Positions 19,096 through 29,300 of a DNA stretch of 64,000 nucleotides are shown piece by piece. Numbering within the stretch: the first letter of the stretch is position 1; every line of letters starts with the position of its first letter. The stretch lies in IMG/VR virus record IMGVR_UViG_3300045988_072133, positions 32,001 to 96,000 of that record; one strand, 5' to 3'. This DNA is from a virus. Position numbers and translations under genes: made by a program. The notes below the pieces were generated by a model. It was not told where the DNA came from and ran no database searches. It saw only the letters and a list, made by a program, of their open reading frames with translations.

Positions 19096-19971
19096 TTATG
19101 CTATAACACCAACAAAAGTACCAGCTACAAACTTATTAGCACTCCTATAGCACTTATAGTTTCCCTTACCATTAACAGCAACTGTTACAGGAGCAGCCAT
19201 AGGTACATCGAAGCCTCCTGACTTCACGCTATTGATAGTCATATTCGACGGAACACACAGCCAAATATACTCATTAGCTTCAACCTCAATAGTAACATTG
19301 CCTGAAGGGGACGCTTTAATAGGCTGCTTCGTAAGAGATAGAACCTCGGACGATACTAAAGCATCCTTTATGGATGCACCAAAATACATTGGATAGTAGG
19401 CATTAACCGTAACTGAAGCGGTCTTGGTGATGCCTTTAATCATAGCCGTCATAGAATATGTTTGGGTATCCGAAATTGAATCCTTGATAGTCTTGAGCGC
19501 TTTATCAGAGGTAAGAACTTGACTACCTTTCTTTACAGAGATAGAATCAGGTTCGATTTCTTGATTATTAAACTTAGTAGACCAGTTAAGAGTTACCTGC
19601 GTTGAGACCCCTTTTTCAAATAAAGTCGGAGTACGGCTCATTGTCAAAGAGGTGTATTGAGTGAATAAAATTTGATTAATTTCATTAACATCCTCTGTAA
19701 GAGATTGTATTTGATCGTAGAGTACTACTTTTAATTCTTCTAAGGAATCTACCTTCTTCTCAAGTGAATATATAAGCTTTAATAATCCTTCTGCAGTAAG
19801 AGCTGCACTAGTAAGTACCTCCCATTCTTCTTTATAAATATTGAAAGTCCTAATCTCCCAAAGTACTCTTTTATCATCAGAAGGTTTTAGCCAAATTATA
19901 TTAGTACCATGAGAGGGTGGGAGTTTTGTTCCCACCCAAACTTGGCCTAGTCCAGTTCTATATTGATACAT
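19096..19971 (-). CDS. tail fibre-related protein sharing N-terminal anchor domain with collagen-like fibre
   Basis: N-terminus YRTGLGQVWVGTKLPP..IIWLKP...VLWEI....EEWEVL parallels YINGFGKIWVGIEPPP..LTWLHP...PLWEL....DKWVLV of the 771-aa fibre. Confidence 0.5.
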   Translation of the reverse strand: MYQYRTGLGQVWVGTKLPPSHGTNIIWLKPSDDKRVLWEIRTFNIYKEEWEVLTSAALTAEGLLKLIYSLEKKVDSLEELKVVLYDQIQSLTEDVNEINQILFTQYTSLTMSRTPTLFEKGVSTQVTLNWSTKFNNQEIEPDSISVKKGSQVLTSDKALKTIKDSISDTQTYSMTAMIKGITKTASVTVNAYYPMYFGASIKDALVSSEVLSLTKQPIKASPSGNVTIEVEANEYIWLCVPSNMTINSVKSGGFDVPMAAPVTVAVNGKGNYKCYRSANKFVAGTFVGVIA

Positions 19972-19982
19972 ATATTATTTAA

Positions 19983-22175
19983 TTATATTGTAGGAGTATA
20001 AGCATCTATTGCCGTTGCAAGTGCTGTATTAAAAGCTGATTCAGTAGTATATTTAGTACCACCACCTAATTTATAAGCATTGAAAGCAGATTGTAAATAC
20101 ACGTCTTGACTATTTAACAAATTAGTGGTAGTATTAAATTGTACTCTGGTAGCTGTTATATTATCAGCATTTGCATTTTGTAGATTAAAGAAATAAATCG
20201 AATTAGTAGAAACAAATCCTCTAATACATACCTTATAACTATTATTAGTAGAATCTTCAATAATTAGAATATTAGCTTTACTAATACTCTCTCTAATATT
20301 TGTATCTGTTATAGTAGTATTTAACAATGAACTATCTATGACATATAAATTATTGTATAAAGTAAGGAAGCTTTTATTAAAACCAACAGTACTGTTTTTA
20401 CCTCCCTTACCTATATAATAGGTTGCCGGATCAGCATATGCAACCCTTATGTTACTACACTTTTTTACGTTTACATCAAAAATAATGCGGTTCATAGTAA
20501 TACTTCCATCTATACAGGACTCCATATTAAAGAAGTTAAGACTATTTCCTTTTAAAGCTCCCCTATTAAACACTAAAATGTTATTTTCTGTAACAACATT
20601 AGTAACAATAAGAGTAGTAGCATTTTGAACAGAAGAAGCTTCTGCATCAGTAAGAACAGTATTTAATTTAGACGAATCTATTACATAAGTATTTTCTGTA
20701 AGTTGAGCAACAAGCTCTTTATACATTGAATCTTTATTAGTTCTGGTACCACCTTTTATTCTATAATTAGTAAACATTATATCATCAAAATAAGCATTTT
20801 CAATAGACGACAATATATTAGATTCCAGTCTCAACAAAATATACTTCACTGATCCACTATTATTTATACAATTATAGTATATTATAGCAGTAGATTCATA
20901 ACCTCTTATAAAAATCTTGGTCTTACCATCACCTTCATCCAATATAAGGAAGGTAGCATTCTTAATATTCTCTAACTTATCACCACTATGTACTTTATTT
21001 AAATCAGAAGGAGTGATATAACAAGAATTCATGTTAACTAATCTTGCTACTTCTTGATTAACAGCATCAGCGTTTTTACCAGTGAAACCAAATTGAGAAT
21101 AAGCTCCATAAGGTAGAGTATAGTTCTTGGTATTTATTACCCATTTTTTAGTAGAAGTATTTACAGATAGTTCTTTATAGATTATTTTCTGGTCAGAGCC
21201 ATCTATAGCCCCAACCATAACAAACTGCAAATATGTATTTGTTTTTGATTTAACAACATAAATAAATTTACTATTAGGATAATTAGCATTGTCATTTACT
21301 AAAATTATAGATGCTTTTTTTATCTGTTCAATAGTTTCGTCATCTAAAGTTGTCCCTAAAGTACTATAATCAAGATATACAAAATCAGGAAATTCCTTAA
21401 CTTTTACAAGACTATAATTATCATCTTCTTTAAGAACTTTATAGGTTTGTAAGCACCCTTGATTATATATCCTAAAACTTCTTTCAACAGGATCTACATC
21501 AATTATAGGAGAATCATATTGAACATTATTATAAACCCAAAGTAAGTTAATCAATTGAAATTTATGTCTTTGATTAAGATAAGTATATAATACATTAGCC
21601 TTTGAAGTATTTGTAAATACAGATAAATCAAGAGGATCTGTAATAGTTCCTAAATTTACTGAAAGCGTCTTTGATTCAAGAAACGTTATTTTATCAGACC
21701 AAGTTTTATCTAAATCAACTAAAGTAGTGCCAGTCCAACGATAACTATGGTTTTGAGTAACACCCTCACCAATTTTTACGTATATCTTACCTTCTTCAGG
21801 ATTAATAATCGTCCAATCTTCTTCAGAAGTATTAGCTCCAAAGTCTACAAATTTCTTCGTATAATCAATTGTAGTCCCAAGAATAGCATGTTCAATATAC
21901 CAAATTTTATTAGTAAAACTTGGTTCATTTAATATCATTTCTACACTTGCACTTCCGGTAGTTATGGAATCAAATTCTATAACATCATCTACATAACTCG
22001 GTAATTGTTCGGCAGGAACTTTACTTCCTACAAGGTCAGCTTTAGTTCCCATAGCTTCTGTAAACTCTTCCTTAGTCACTCCATTATTCTCAATGTTCGT
22101 AAGTACTTGAGCTAGTTGAGGATTTTTAATATCATAGCCCTTTTCAAGCTGTAAAATAATTTTTTCGTTAGTCAT
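19983..22175 (-). CDS. large tail protein with three internal ~70-aa tandem repeats
   Basis: 730 aa; repeated segments beginning CYITPSDLNKV / YVIDSSKLNTVLTD / YVIDSSLLNTTITD each followed by ...ILI..D......I..RG. Confidence 0.5.
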   Translation of the reverse strand: MTNEKIILQLEKGYDIKNPQLAQVLTNIENNGVTKEEFTEAMGTKADLVGSKVPAEQLPSYVDDVIEFDSITTGSASVEMILNEPSFTNKIWYIEHAILGTTIDYTKKFVDFGANTSEEDWTIINPEEGKIYVKIGEGVTQNHSYRWTGTTLVDLDKTWSDKITFLESKTLSVNLGTITDPLDLSVFTNTSKANVLYTYLNQRHKFQLINLLWVYNNVQYDSPIIDVDPVERSFRIYNQGCLQTYKVLKEDDNYSLVKVKEFPDFVYLDYSTLGTTLDDETIEQIKKASIILVNDNANYPNSKFIYVVKSKTNTYLQFVMVGAIDGSDQKIIYKELSVNTSTKKWVINTKNYTLPYGAYSQFGFTGKNADAVNQEVARLVNMNSCYITPSDLNKVHSGDKLENIKNATFLILDEGDGKTKIFIRGYESTAIIYYNCINNSGSVKYILLRLESNILSSIENAYFDDIMFTNYRIKGGTRTNKDSMYKELVAQLTENTYVIDSSKLNTVLTDAEASSVQNATTLIVTNVVTENNILVFNRGALKGNSLNFFNMESCIDGSITMNRIIFDVNVKKCSNIRVAYADPATYYIGKGGKNSTVGFNKSFLTLYNNLYVIDSSLLNTTITDTNIRESISKANILIIEDSTNNSYKVCIRGFVSTNSIYFFNLQNANADNITATRVQFNTTTNLLNSQDVYLQSAFNAYKLGGGTKYTTESAFNTALATAIDAYTPTI

Positions 22176-22197
22176 AGTTAGGATTAATTATAATAAT

Positions 22198-22224
22198 AAA
22201 GGGAGGAGCTATTGCCCCCCCCCT
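22198..22224 (-). terminator. poly-G hairpin terminator-like element between portal and tail gene
   Basis: Minus strand reads GGGGGGGGG-caauag-CUCCUCCC followed by UUUAUUAUUAU; DNA has a C9 homopolymer. Confidence 0.45.
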
Positions 22225-22230
22225 AACTGT

Positions 22231-24627
22231 TTATTTACTAGTACTAGATGGTTTAGGCTTGGCTTTCTTAATAGCAAGATCTTTTTCTTTAATGTCTATC
22301 TCCTTTGATAACTTAGTCTTATCAAAAGCTAATCTTTCATTAAACTGCCTTATCTGTTCATCTAACTTCGCTCGTTCCATAGAGTTGTCTTGAACTTCTG
22401 GGACTTCATTCTCTGCATTTCCAGATTGTTTAATATGCTCAATAAGAATCTTAGTGTCATTATCGCGCTGATTAAGCATATCTTGGAAATTCATCTCAGC
22501 CTGCTTCATTTCCATCTGAGTCTGCATTTGCTGTTGTGCTATTTCTTGTTCCTGCTGAGCTTGTTCAGCTTGACGTTCTTGAATAGCTTGCTCGTCTTTC
22601 TCAATAGTCCTACGAATCTCTGACAGAGATGATGACGTATAAATCTTCATTATTGAAGAGAATGAGAGAGTTTGATTCTGCAAAGCAGCTTGTGCTAAAG
22701 CATCAAGTTTTGAAGCGAGATTCTGAGTTTCAGGAGAGGCATCTACTACAATTCCATAGTCGCTATCTGCAAAAGTGTCTCCATCAATTTCAAGAGATTT
22801 TATAGCTCCATCAGAGGTGATATACTGGAATTTCTTATTTCTACCTCTCATAGCTATTTTAGCTGTCTCTAAGAAACATTCAAGGGCTCTCCTTTTAACA
22901 TCATCGTGCATTGTAAATAACCATTCTGTAATATGAGAAGATTGTAAATTTGATCTTTCAACACCACCAACAGTTTCACGGTTACTAATCTGACCCTCTC
23001 GCTGTCGAGTAATACCAGCAACCTCTCCCATCTCATTTTTAATAAATTCTAGGAGATTAATGTGTTCCTGAATATAATTACCCTGTTCAGCATCTATAAC
23101 TCCATTAGACTGAATATTTAGAGCTCCTACAACCTTACCTTGAGCAGCTCCTCCATTTCCCTCCTTAAAGCTATCTGTAACAGCAACATGATTTACTTTT
23201 GCATAGTATAACCACTTGTCTATCTCCCAGCCTTTAGGAACCATAGCAAGATCTAGTTTTACAATTTTACCCCAGTTAGCAGCAATAGCTTTATTAAGCC
23301 TATCGTAGATAACGTCGTAAAAATAAGCAAAAGGCTTCATCATATCTACTAAAGAGAAAGGTCTAGAATCATTAAGGTTATACATAGATCCTACAATACC
23401 AAAATGACATCTAGATGGATTAGAAAGTCTATTATACTGTACTATCCTAGGTCTCATATTAACATAAATATCTGGACCTATTTTAGTACCTTCCCATGCT
23501 TCATTAATCCAAAAGATCTCTTCTTCTTCACCAGCTTCTTTATCTATAATGTAGGTTTCTGGATAAAAATCAAAGAGCTCTTCGCCAGTCTCAGGATCAT
23601 AAGATTTTACCTTCTTGATCTTTCTCTTACTCTTCCAATAAAGTCTTAATACTCTAATATTACCTTGGAGATCATAGTAGTTACTCGTTGCTGAAAATCC
23701 AGATTGTCCCATCAGTAGAAAATTCTCTATTACAGTACCTCCTGAAATATCTGTGCCATCGATCTCAGCAGTATTAATAAAGGCATTTCTTTCATCAATG
23801 TTGTACATAGAATCACTACTAAAAGTACTAGCTAGTTTATCTATACTATCAACATCTTTTTTAGATAGAACATCAAAGTAAGTATCTAAGATTCTACCTG
23901 GACTCCAAAAGTCTATAAGTATTATTAGATCTGCATCCTCAACTTTATTAGAAAAACCATTTTTGAAAATATGAACTTTTAAAGGATTAAGTCTTTCAAA
24001 AGTAGGCTCGCCCCCAACAATATCACATTGATAGATTTCCTCACCACAAATCATTGCATCCATAAACCCATCATTAAATATTCTGGGTATATTTAGCTCT
24101 TTCATGTAATGAGAAAGAACAGTACTAGCTCTCATTTCGATAATATCTTGCCATTGATAATCAAAATAGTAAGATAACTTATCTAGTTCTTTATTAAACT
24201 CCTCCTCTGACAAGTTCTCATCTTCTATCATAGCCTGAACTTGTTCTTGGAGCATTGCTAATTTACTATTCTCTATCTCTGAAATAGAATTGGGATTAGT
24301 TACAACAACTTTAAATTCAAATCTTCTCTTCGCTTCTTCTCCTTGGAGAACATGAAGCTTTGAGTTCATAATAGGGAAATGCTGAATAGATTCTGGAACA
24401 TATAGTGCATTGACATTGTCTGGATTAAGAATTAACTCTACATCTCTCATATCTAAAACACCATTTATGAGATTATAGTTAATTCTCTTCTTCAACAGAG
24501 AATTCCGCACCATATTGCCAAAATAGTAAGTTCTTTTGTCGGCCCAATCAAGATGCTGTTTTCTCCACTCCTTAGTTTTTTTACTATAAGACAACATCTG
24601 CGGGGGTAAGTTCTTTAAATCTATCAT
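22231..24627 (-). CDS. putative portal protein
   Basis: 798-aa ORF immediately downstream of large terminase gene (canonical TerL-portal order); Gln/Glu-rich C-terminal tail. Confidence 0.6.
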   Translation of the reverse strand: MIDLKNLPPQMLSYSKKTKEWRKQHLDWADKRTYYFGNMVRNSLLKKRINYNLINGVLDMRDVELILNPDNVNALYVPESIQHFPIMNSKLHVLQGEEAKRRFEFKVVVTNPNSISEIENSKLAMLQEQVQAMIEDENLSEEEFNKELDKLSYYFDYQWQDIIEMRASTVLSHYMKELNIPRIFNDGFMDAMICGEEIYQCDIVGGEPTFERLNPLKVHIFKNGFSNKVEDADLIILIDFWSPGRILDTYFDVLSKKDVDSIDKLASTFSSDSMYNIDERNAFINTAEIDGTDISGGTVIENFLLMGQSGFSATSNYYDLQGNIRVLRLYWKSKRKIKKVKSYDPETGEELFDFYPETYIIDKEAGEEEEIFWINEAWEGTKIGPDIYVNMRPRIVQYNRLSNPSRCHFGIVGSMYNLNDSRPFSLVDMMKPFAYFYDVIYDRLNKAIAANWGKIVKLDLAMVPKGWEIDKWLYYAKVNHVAVTDSFKEGNGGAAQGKVVGALNIQSNGVIDAEQGNYIQEHINLLEFIKNEMGEVAGITRQREGQISNRETVGGVERSNLQSSHITEWLFTMHDDVKRRALECFLETAKIAMRGRNKKFQYITSDGAIKSLEIDGDTFADSDYGIVVDASPETQNLASKLDALAQAALQNQTLSFSSIMKIYTSSSLSEIRRTIEKDEQAIQERQAEQAQQEQEIAQQQMQTQMEMKQAEMNFQDMLNQRDNDTKILIEHIKQSGNAENEVPEVQDNSMERAKLDEQIRQFNERLAFDKTKLSKEIDIKEKDLAIKKAKPKPSSTSK

Positions 24628-24727
24628 AGCATTAACTTAATTACATAATTTGTACAAAGATAAGTAATTATCTTCAAATTTCCAAGACGTTCAAAAGTTT
24701 ACTAATAGTTTTCATAAATATCTACTA

Positions 24728-27031
24728 CTAATTATCCTTATGTAGATATTTAGCAAACCTATAATCATAATTCCTAGTAAAGAAATCATCATTACCTAAG
24801 TAATCTGCTTGATCTACATTGATAACTTCAGAAGGAGATAAATTACCACAAAGCATGAGTTTTTGCTCTCGTAGCAACATGAGCATTAATAAGGCATCGT
24901 AACGGTCAAAGTTGCTATCGGGATTCCACATAGATAACTCTTTCATGAGAGCTCTATAATAGCACCTATTAATGTTATTTATAGTGATTTCTGCCTCTTC
25001 TTCATGTCCATCTATAGTAACCTTCGTTACAACTTTAAGAGGCTTTAAAAGCCAGTCTCTGATGCGTGTACGGCCATATGTTTGAACTGGTTGTGTAGCA
25101 TTAACTCCTTTAGCCTTATTACCAAAGAAATTTCCCTTAACAATCTCTTTATCTTTTAAAAACTCAGGAATGTCAGATAGTAAATACAAACAGTTTGTTT
25201 TAGAAAAATATGTGAATAAACCCTTCTTATTATTCTCATAGAGTAATTCAGCATTATAGAATAAACAAATACGTCTACAGGTTTCATAGTAATCCTCTGC
25301 AAACATAGGTCTACCTACATATTCACAAACTAGTTCATCAGTAAATAAATCTAGTACATAGATTGATCCAAGAGACATAGTGTCAGATACATCATCATCA
25401 TAAGGGTCAGCACCTGCTATATAACGTCCCCAAGGTACTTTGCCATCAGGACCTTTAATGGGCATCTTATTAATATGTACAGCTCCTTCAAGCTTGTTAT
25501 CTTTATGAGGATAATCTAAAATAGGCTTTACATCCGCATCTGGAGTAAATTCAACTTTCCCTTCTTTAGTCTGAACAAGTCTTCCAACCCACATATCGTC
25601 TAAACTCTTAGGATTCTGATCTAATTCTAGAATACGATCATTTAATTTATCAGAAGGAAAAATATTACTATCCCTACGCATAATAGCATCTGTGATAGTA
25701 AATGCATACTCAGCTTTACGACGTGTGAGCTGAATAGGATCAGATGAGTTATACTTTAGGATTACACGATGTTTAATCTCTTCTAAAATAGCTCCTACAA
25801 CATCAGATACACCATCTTCATTGTAAAAACCTTTAGAATTAAGGTAACTAGGGAAGAAGAATATTGTTCGCCTAGCTCCTACAGCTCCTTTATCGAAAAC
25901 ATTTGGGAGAGAGTATACTGAATAACCATCCGGATAATTAATCATCTCAAGAGCTCCCATAAAATCTGAACCCTCAGAACCTCCTGTACCAAAGGCTATT
26001 GCTTGTCCAAAAGCCGCAGCTGCATTCTCCTGAACATTAGGTAAAGCTGTCTGCCATACATCTAGAAATTTCGGGAAAGTACCAAACTCTTCATAAAGCA
26101 TTCTATTCGAACGTTTACCACGAATCTTGTCAGGATCATCTTTAACAGCTACCCCTAATACTTCATTTTGAGAACCCCTAGGAATCATTGAATCCTTATC
26201 GATATACCCCGAAATCCACTGCATCTCTGAAAGAGAGTTCTTAAGTCTAGCACGAGGAAATTGAGTGTTTTTAGCACAGAAATCTATACCATCAATAAAT
26301 TTGTTAAGAGTACCGTCCTTAATAAGATACTCCTTCTGATATGCCGTTACAAGACATTTAACCTTATCATAAGAAATAGAATTCTCTCCTAAGAGGAAGA
26401 ATTTACATAGAATGGCAGCTGCATAATATGACTTCGATTTACCACGAGAAGCAATCTCAACAGAATGCTTTCCTCCTACAAAATCATCATATAAACCACC
26501 ATTACGGGCTTGATATTGATAGTGAGCCCTAAGATAAACACCTTCCCAGCATTCAGGAAAGTCTACAACACGATCACCTATGCGAGTACCTTTACGTATC
26601 TTAGTCTGAATAATAGGTAAATAATTTAAGTAGAAATAAAAATCTCCAGGAATCCATTCCCCATCTTCAGGTCTAACCATACCATCTAAGCACCTACGAA
26701 CTTCTCGTGTTAACCACATACCAAACTCTGATTTAGGATTTGCATCAGGACGAAGCTTAGTATAGCAACCATATTTTTGATAGTGTATAGCAGCTGGCCT
26801 AAAGTAGTCCATATTCTCTAATATATGTGGCTTACAAATATCTACGATAATCCTGCCAAAAGAGTCACGAGGTCTATCTTTAGCTCGTTGACGATCTGGT
26901 GAGATAAGATTCTTAATAAATTCTACATTAGTGATAATTTCTAAGAAATCATTCCATACTTCTGTAGATAAAGAATCTCTAAGTTCTTCTGTAATAGGTG
27001 TCTGATATTTATTAGTATCTATAAGTACCAT
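24728..27031 (-). CDS. terL: terminase large subunit
   Basis: 767 aa; Walker-A-like SVEIASRGKSKS ATPase motif in N-terminal half; acidic D-rich C-terminal half consistent with RNaseH-fold nuclease; start overlaps upstream stop (TAATG). Confidence 0.75.
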   Translation of the reverse strand: MVLIDTNKYQTPITEELRDSLSTEVWNDFLEIITNVEFIKNLISPDRQRAKDRPRDSFGRIIVDICKPHILENMDYFRPAAIHYQKYGCYTKLRPDANPKSEFGMWLTREVRRCLDGMVRPEDGEWIPGDFYFYLNYLPIIQTKIRKGTRIGDRVVDFPECWEGVYLRAHYQYQARNGGLYDDFVGGKHSVEIASRGKSKSYYAAAILCKFFLLGENSISYDKVKCLVTAYQKEYLIKDGTLNKFIDGIDFCAKNTQFPRARLKNSLSEMQWISGYIDKDSMIPRGSQNEVLGVAVKDDPDKIRGKRSNRMLYEEFGTFPKFLDVWQTALPNVQENAAAAFGQAIAFGTGGSEGSDFMGALEMINYPDGYSVYSLPNVFDKGAVGARRTIFFFPSYLNSKGFYNEDGVSDVVGAILEEIKHRVILKYNSSDPIQLTRRKAEYAFTITDAIMRRDSNIFPSDKLNDRILELDQNPKSLDDMWVGRLVQTKEGKVEFTPDADVKPILDYPHKDNKLEGAVHINKMPIKGPDGKVPWGRYIAGADPYDDDVSDTMSLGSIYVLDLFTDELVCEYVGRPMFAEDYYETCRRICLFYNAELLYENNKKGLFTYFSKTNCLYLLSDIPEFLKDKEIVKGNFFGNKAKGVNATQPVQTYGRTRIRDWLLKPLKVVTKVTIDGHEEEAEITINNINRCYYRALMKELSMWNPDSNFDRYDALLMLMLLREQKLMLCGNLSPSEVINVDQADYLGNDDFFTRNYDYRFAKYLHKDN

Positions 27032-27603
27032 TAATCACCTCCTCCTAAGAATGACTTCATCCCATCTTCAAGGATCGCCTTTTGCTTCATACCTCTCATA
27101 GTACCCATATCTTCAATTTCTTTAGATACAGCTTTTTCAGCATCCGCAAGCTCCTTAACAAGACTAGGGACTTGTTTTACTGCGGTCATAACTTGACCTA
27201 TATTAAACACTAGTTTACCATTAGCGTCTTTCTCTGTTAAATCTATAGATCTAAAAGTATTACGAATATTATCAATAATAACTCTTGTATCTTGTAATAG
27301 TAAAGAAGAAGATGTTGTAGTTAGGTATTTATAAAGTTCTATAGCTTCTAAAACCTGCTTATCTGGTTTCCAATCAGCTTCTAATCCTATACTATCTTTA
27401 ACACGTAAATCTCTGTCTGCCTCTATAATTTCGAAGGAAAAATCTGACCTTGGATCATACATAAAGTATAAGTAAGCTAACTCTTTCATAGCCCTTGTTT
27501 TATCCTTAGTCCTGTCCCTATCTACAAGTTTCTTAAATGGTCTTAGAGCATAAGCCTCTTCAGAAATCTTTAAATTATAGTCCTTATATGTAAATAGCTT
27601 CAT
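27031..27603 (-). CDS. hypothetical protein (terminase small subunit candidate by position)
   Basis: 190-aa ORF translationally coupled to terL; preceded by intrinsic terminator hairpin; no motif support. Confidence 0.3.
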   Translation of the reverse strand: MKLFTYKDYNLKISEEAYALRPFKKLVDRDRTKDKTRAMKELAYLYFMYDPRSDFSFEIIEADRDLRVKDSIGLEADWKPDKQVLEAIELYKYLTTTSSSLLLQDTRVIIDNIRNTFRSIDLTEKDANGKLVFNIGQVMTAVKQVPSLVKELADAEKAVSKEIEDMGTMRGMKQKAILEDGMKSFLGGGD

Positions 27604-27604
27604 A

Positions 27605-27635
27605 TCAAAAAAGCTCCCTACTTGTGATAGGGAGC
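27605..27635 (-). terminator. rho-independent terminator immediately upstream of the terminase-module start
   Basis: Plus strand AAAAAA-GCTCCCTA-cttgtga-TAGGGAGC: on the minus strand a perfect 8-bp hairpin followed by UUUUUU, abutting the ATG at 27603. Confidence 0.6.
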
Positions 27636-27641
27636 GTTAAA

Positions 27642-28121
27642 TTAACATACTAGTTTCTTAGCCTTCGGAGGAGTAACTTCTGTTACTTCCCAATCAAAGT
27701 CATCCACTTTAAAGAAGATATTGGCACTGTCAATAAGTAGTGCAATCTTACCATCTATCTCAAACATGGGGATCTCAAAATCTAGAGTTTCATTATAAAA
27801 CTCATCCGGCATGTCTGCTTTGGTCTCATCTTTAGTGAAACGCTTCCGAGCGTACTTTGAGAAGTCAATCTGTACCAGATCCCCAGGTTTATATTCTCGT
27901 ACTCCAGGTCCTACAGCAATAACTTCCTGTACTTCTTTAAGCATACCTACAGAGTCTTTTTCAATAAGACCTGCTTCACTTACACACTCTTCCTCAGTGT
28001 AAGTATTAGATGTCACTATCATCTTCGTGAATGGAGGTGTCACCTTCTTTATCTTGAACTGCTTTCTTTGCATATTCTTTAAATCGCTTATTAAGGAATT
28101 GAGCTCGGGAATATGTTGCAT
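27642..28121 (-). CDS. hypothetical protein
   Basis: 159-aa ORF. Confidence 0.45.
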   Translation of the reverse strand: MQHIPELNSLISDLKNMQRKQFKIKKVTPPFTKMIVTSNTYTEEECVSEAGLIEKDSVGMLKEVQEVIAVGPGVREYKPGDLVQIDFSKYARKRFTKDETKADMPDEFYNETLDFEIPMFEIDGKIALLIDSANIFFKVDDFDWEVTEVTPPKAKKLVC

Positions 28122-28329
28122 AAAACTTGCCTAAGCTAGGAACATTAATGCTAGTCTGCATCTTTGTAAACTCTTCTTCTGTCATTTCCTCATTTACAGG
28201 AACATTTTCCAATGTATTCTTAACCCAATTCCAATATTCTCTATAAGCTATTTCTACTACGTCATCTGGCATATCTAATTTCTTAGCAGCAGCCAAAATT
28301 ATATCTTGGAGAGTCTTATTATTTATCAT
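28006..28329 (-). CDS. hypothetical protein
   Basis: 107-aa ORF; long overlap with downstream gene suggests one start is mis-set. Confidence 0.35.
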   Translation of the reverse strand: MINNKTLQDIILAAAKKLDMPDDVVEIAYREYWNWVKNTLENVPVNEEMTEEEFTKMQTSINVPSLGKFYATYSRAQFLNKRFKEYAKKAVQDKEGDTSIHEDDSDI

Positions 28330-28732
28330 AACTAATCCTAAAATTTAGTAATAGCCTATAAGAGTCCTCTTCATATTCTAAAGAGGGAATGTATCTTTTA
28401 CTAATTGTATTATTAGTAATAACTCCTGCTTTTCGTAGATTTGTTAATACTGACTGAAAGTTTCCCGGAGATATGCCTAAGCTTCCTACAATACCTTTTT
28501 TAATCTCATCAGTGAACAAAACTTTGTCCAGTATATCATCATCTGTAATTGTTCTAGATAATTCAAATCTACGTTGTAATAGTGCTGCTAACACTGCGAC
28601 TTCCCTACCAGGTAATCTATGTAAAGGCTTAAGAAACTCTAGCCAGAGCTTAAAAAAGTTGAGACTAGAGGTCTTTAAATTGGTAGAGATAGACACAATG
28701 TCAGTATTCTTAGTCATATCCCGCTTACTCAT
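28319..28732 (-). CDS. hypothetical protein
   Basis: 137-aa ORF. Confidence 0.45.
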   Translation of the reverse strand: MSKRDMTKNTDIVSISTNLKTSSLNFFKLWLEFLKPLHRLPGREVAVLAALLQRRFELSRTITDDDILDKVLFTDEIKKGIVGSLGISPGNFQSVLTNLRKAGVITNNTISKRYIPSLEYEEDSYRLLLNFRISYDK

Positions 28733-29040
28733 TATTCTACATCTTTATCTGCTTCACAAGTTTCACATGAATCCGGTTCAGGAATTGTGAGCATATTCTC
28801 AATATTAATAACCGCTTTACTTACAAAATCTTCACTAAAGAGATCCTTATACTTAAGGACGTTGAATAAACTATCAAGGCGTTTACCCATAACAACTTCC
28901 ATAGCTCGATTGTACTCTACTAATAGCTGCTGATACTCTTTATGCTTATTCTGTAGCTGTACCTGTAGGTTATTAGCGATATCCTTAAGTTGCTCATAGT
29001 TTAACTTCTCCGGCTGTTTTGCTTCCATAGCTTTAGTCAT
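28732..29040 (-). CDS. hypothetical protein
   Basis: 102-aa ORF, coiled-coil-like. Confidence 0.45.
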   Translation of the reverse strand: MTKAMEAKQPEKLNYEQLKDIANNLQVQLQNKHKEYQQLLVEYNRAMEVVMGKRLDSLFNVLKYKDLFSEDFVSKAVINIENMLTIPEPDSCETCEADKDVE

Positions 29041-29042
29041 AA

Positions 29043-29300
29043 TTAAAATTCTTTACCATATTTAGCTCTGTAGAGAGCATTCCATTCATTAATAGACGTT
29101 GTAGATATATCTGTACTACCACAATCATTACAATATTCAGAGATGCCTGATTCATTATAGGCCATAATTGCTAAACTAAGGCACTTTTTACAGTAGAATA
29201 CAGGCTCTCTATTATAGTCCTCTTTACTCCACTTAACCTTCTCAAAATCGGAAGGAGACTCTAAAGGAGGACACTTAGGCTTAATTAATTCTCCTTCCAT
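29043..29300 (-). CDS. zinc-ribbon protein
   Basis: 85 aa with CKKC...CNDCG Cys pairs. Confidence 0.45.
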   Translation of the reverse strand: MEGELIKPKCPPLESPSDFEKVKWSKEDYNREPVFYCKKCLSLAIMAYNESGISEYCNDCGSTDISTTSINEWNALYRAKYGKEF

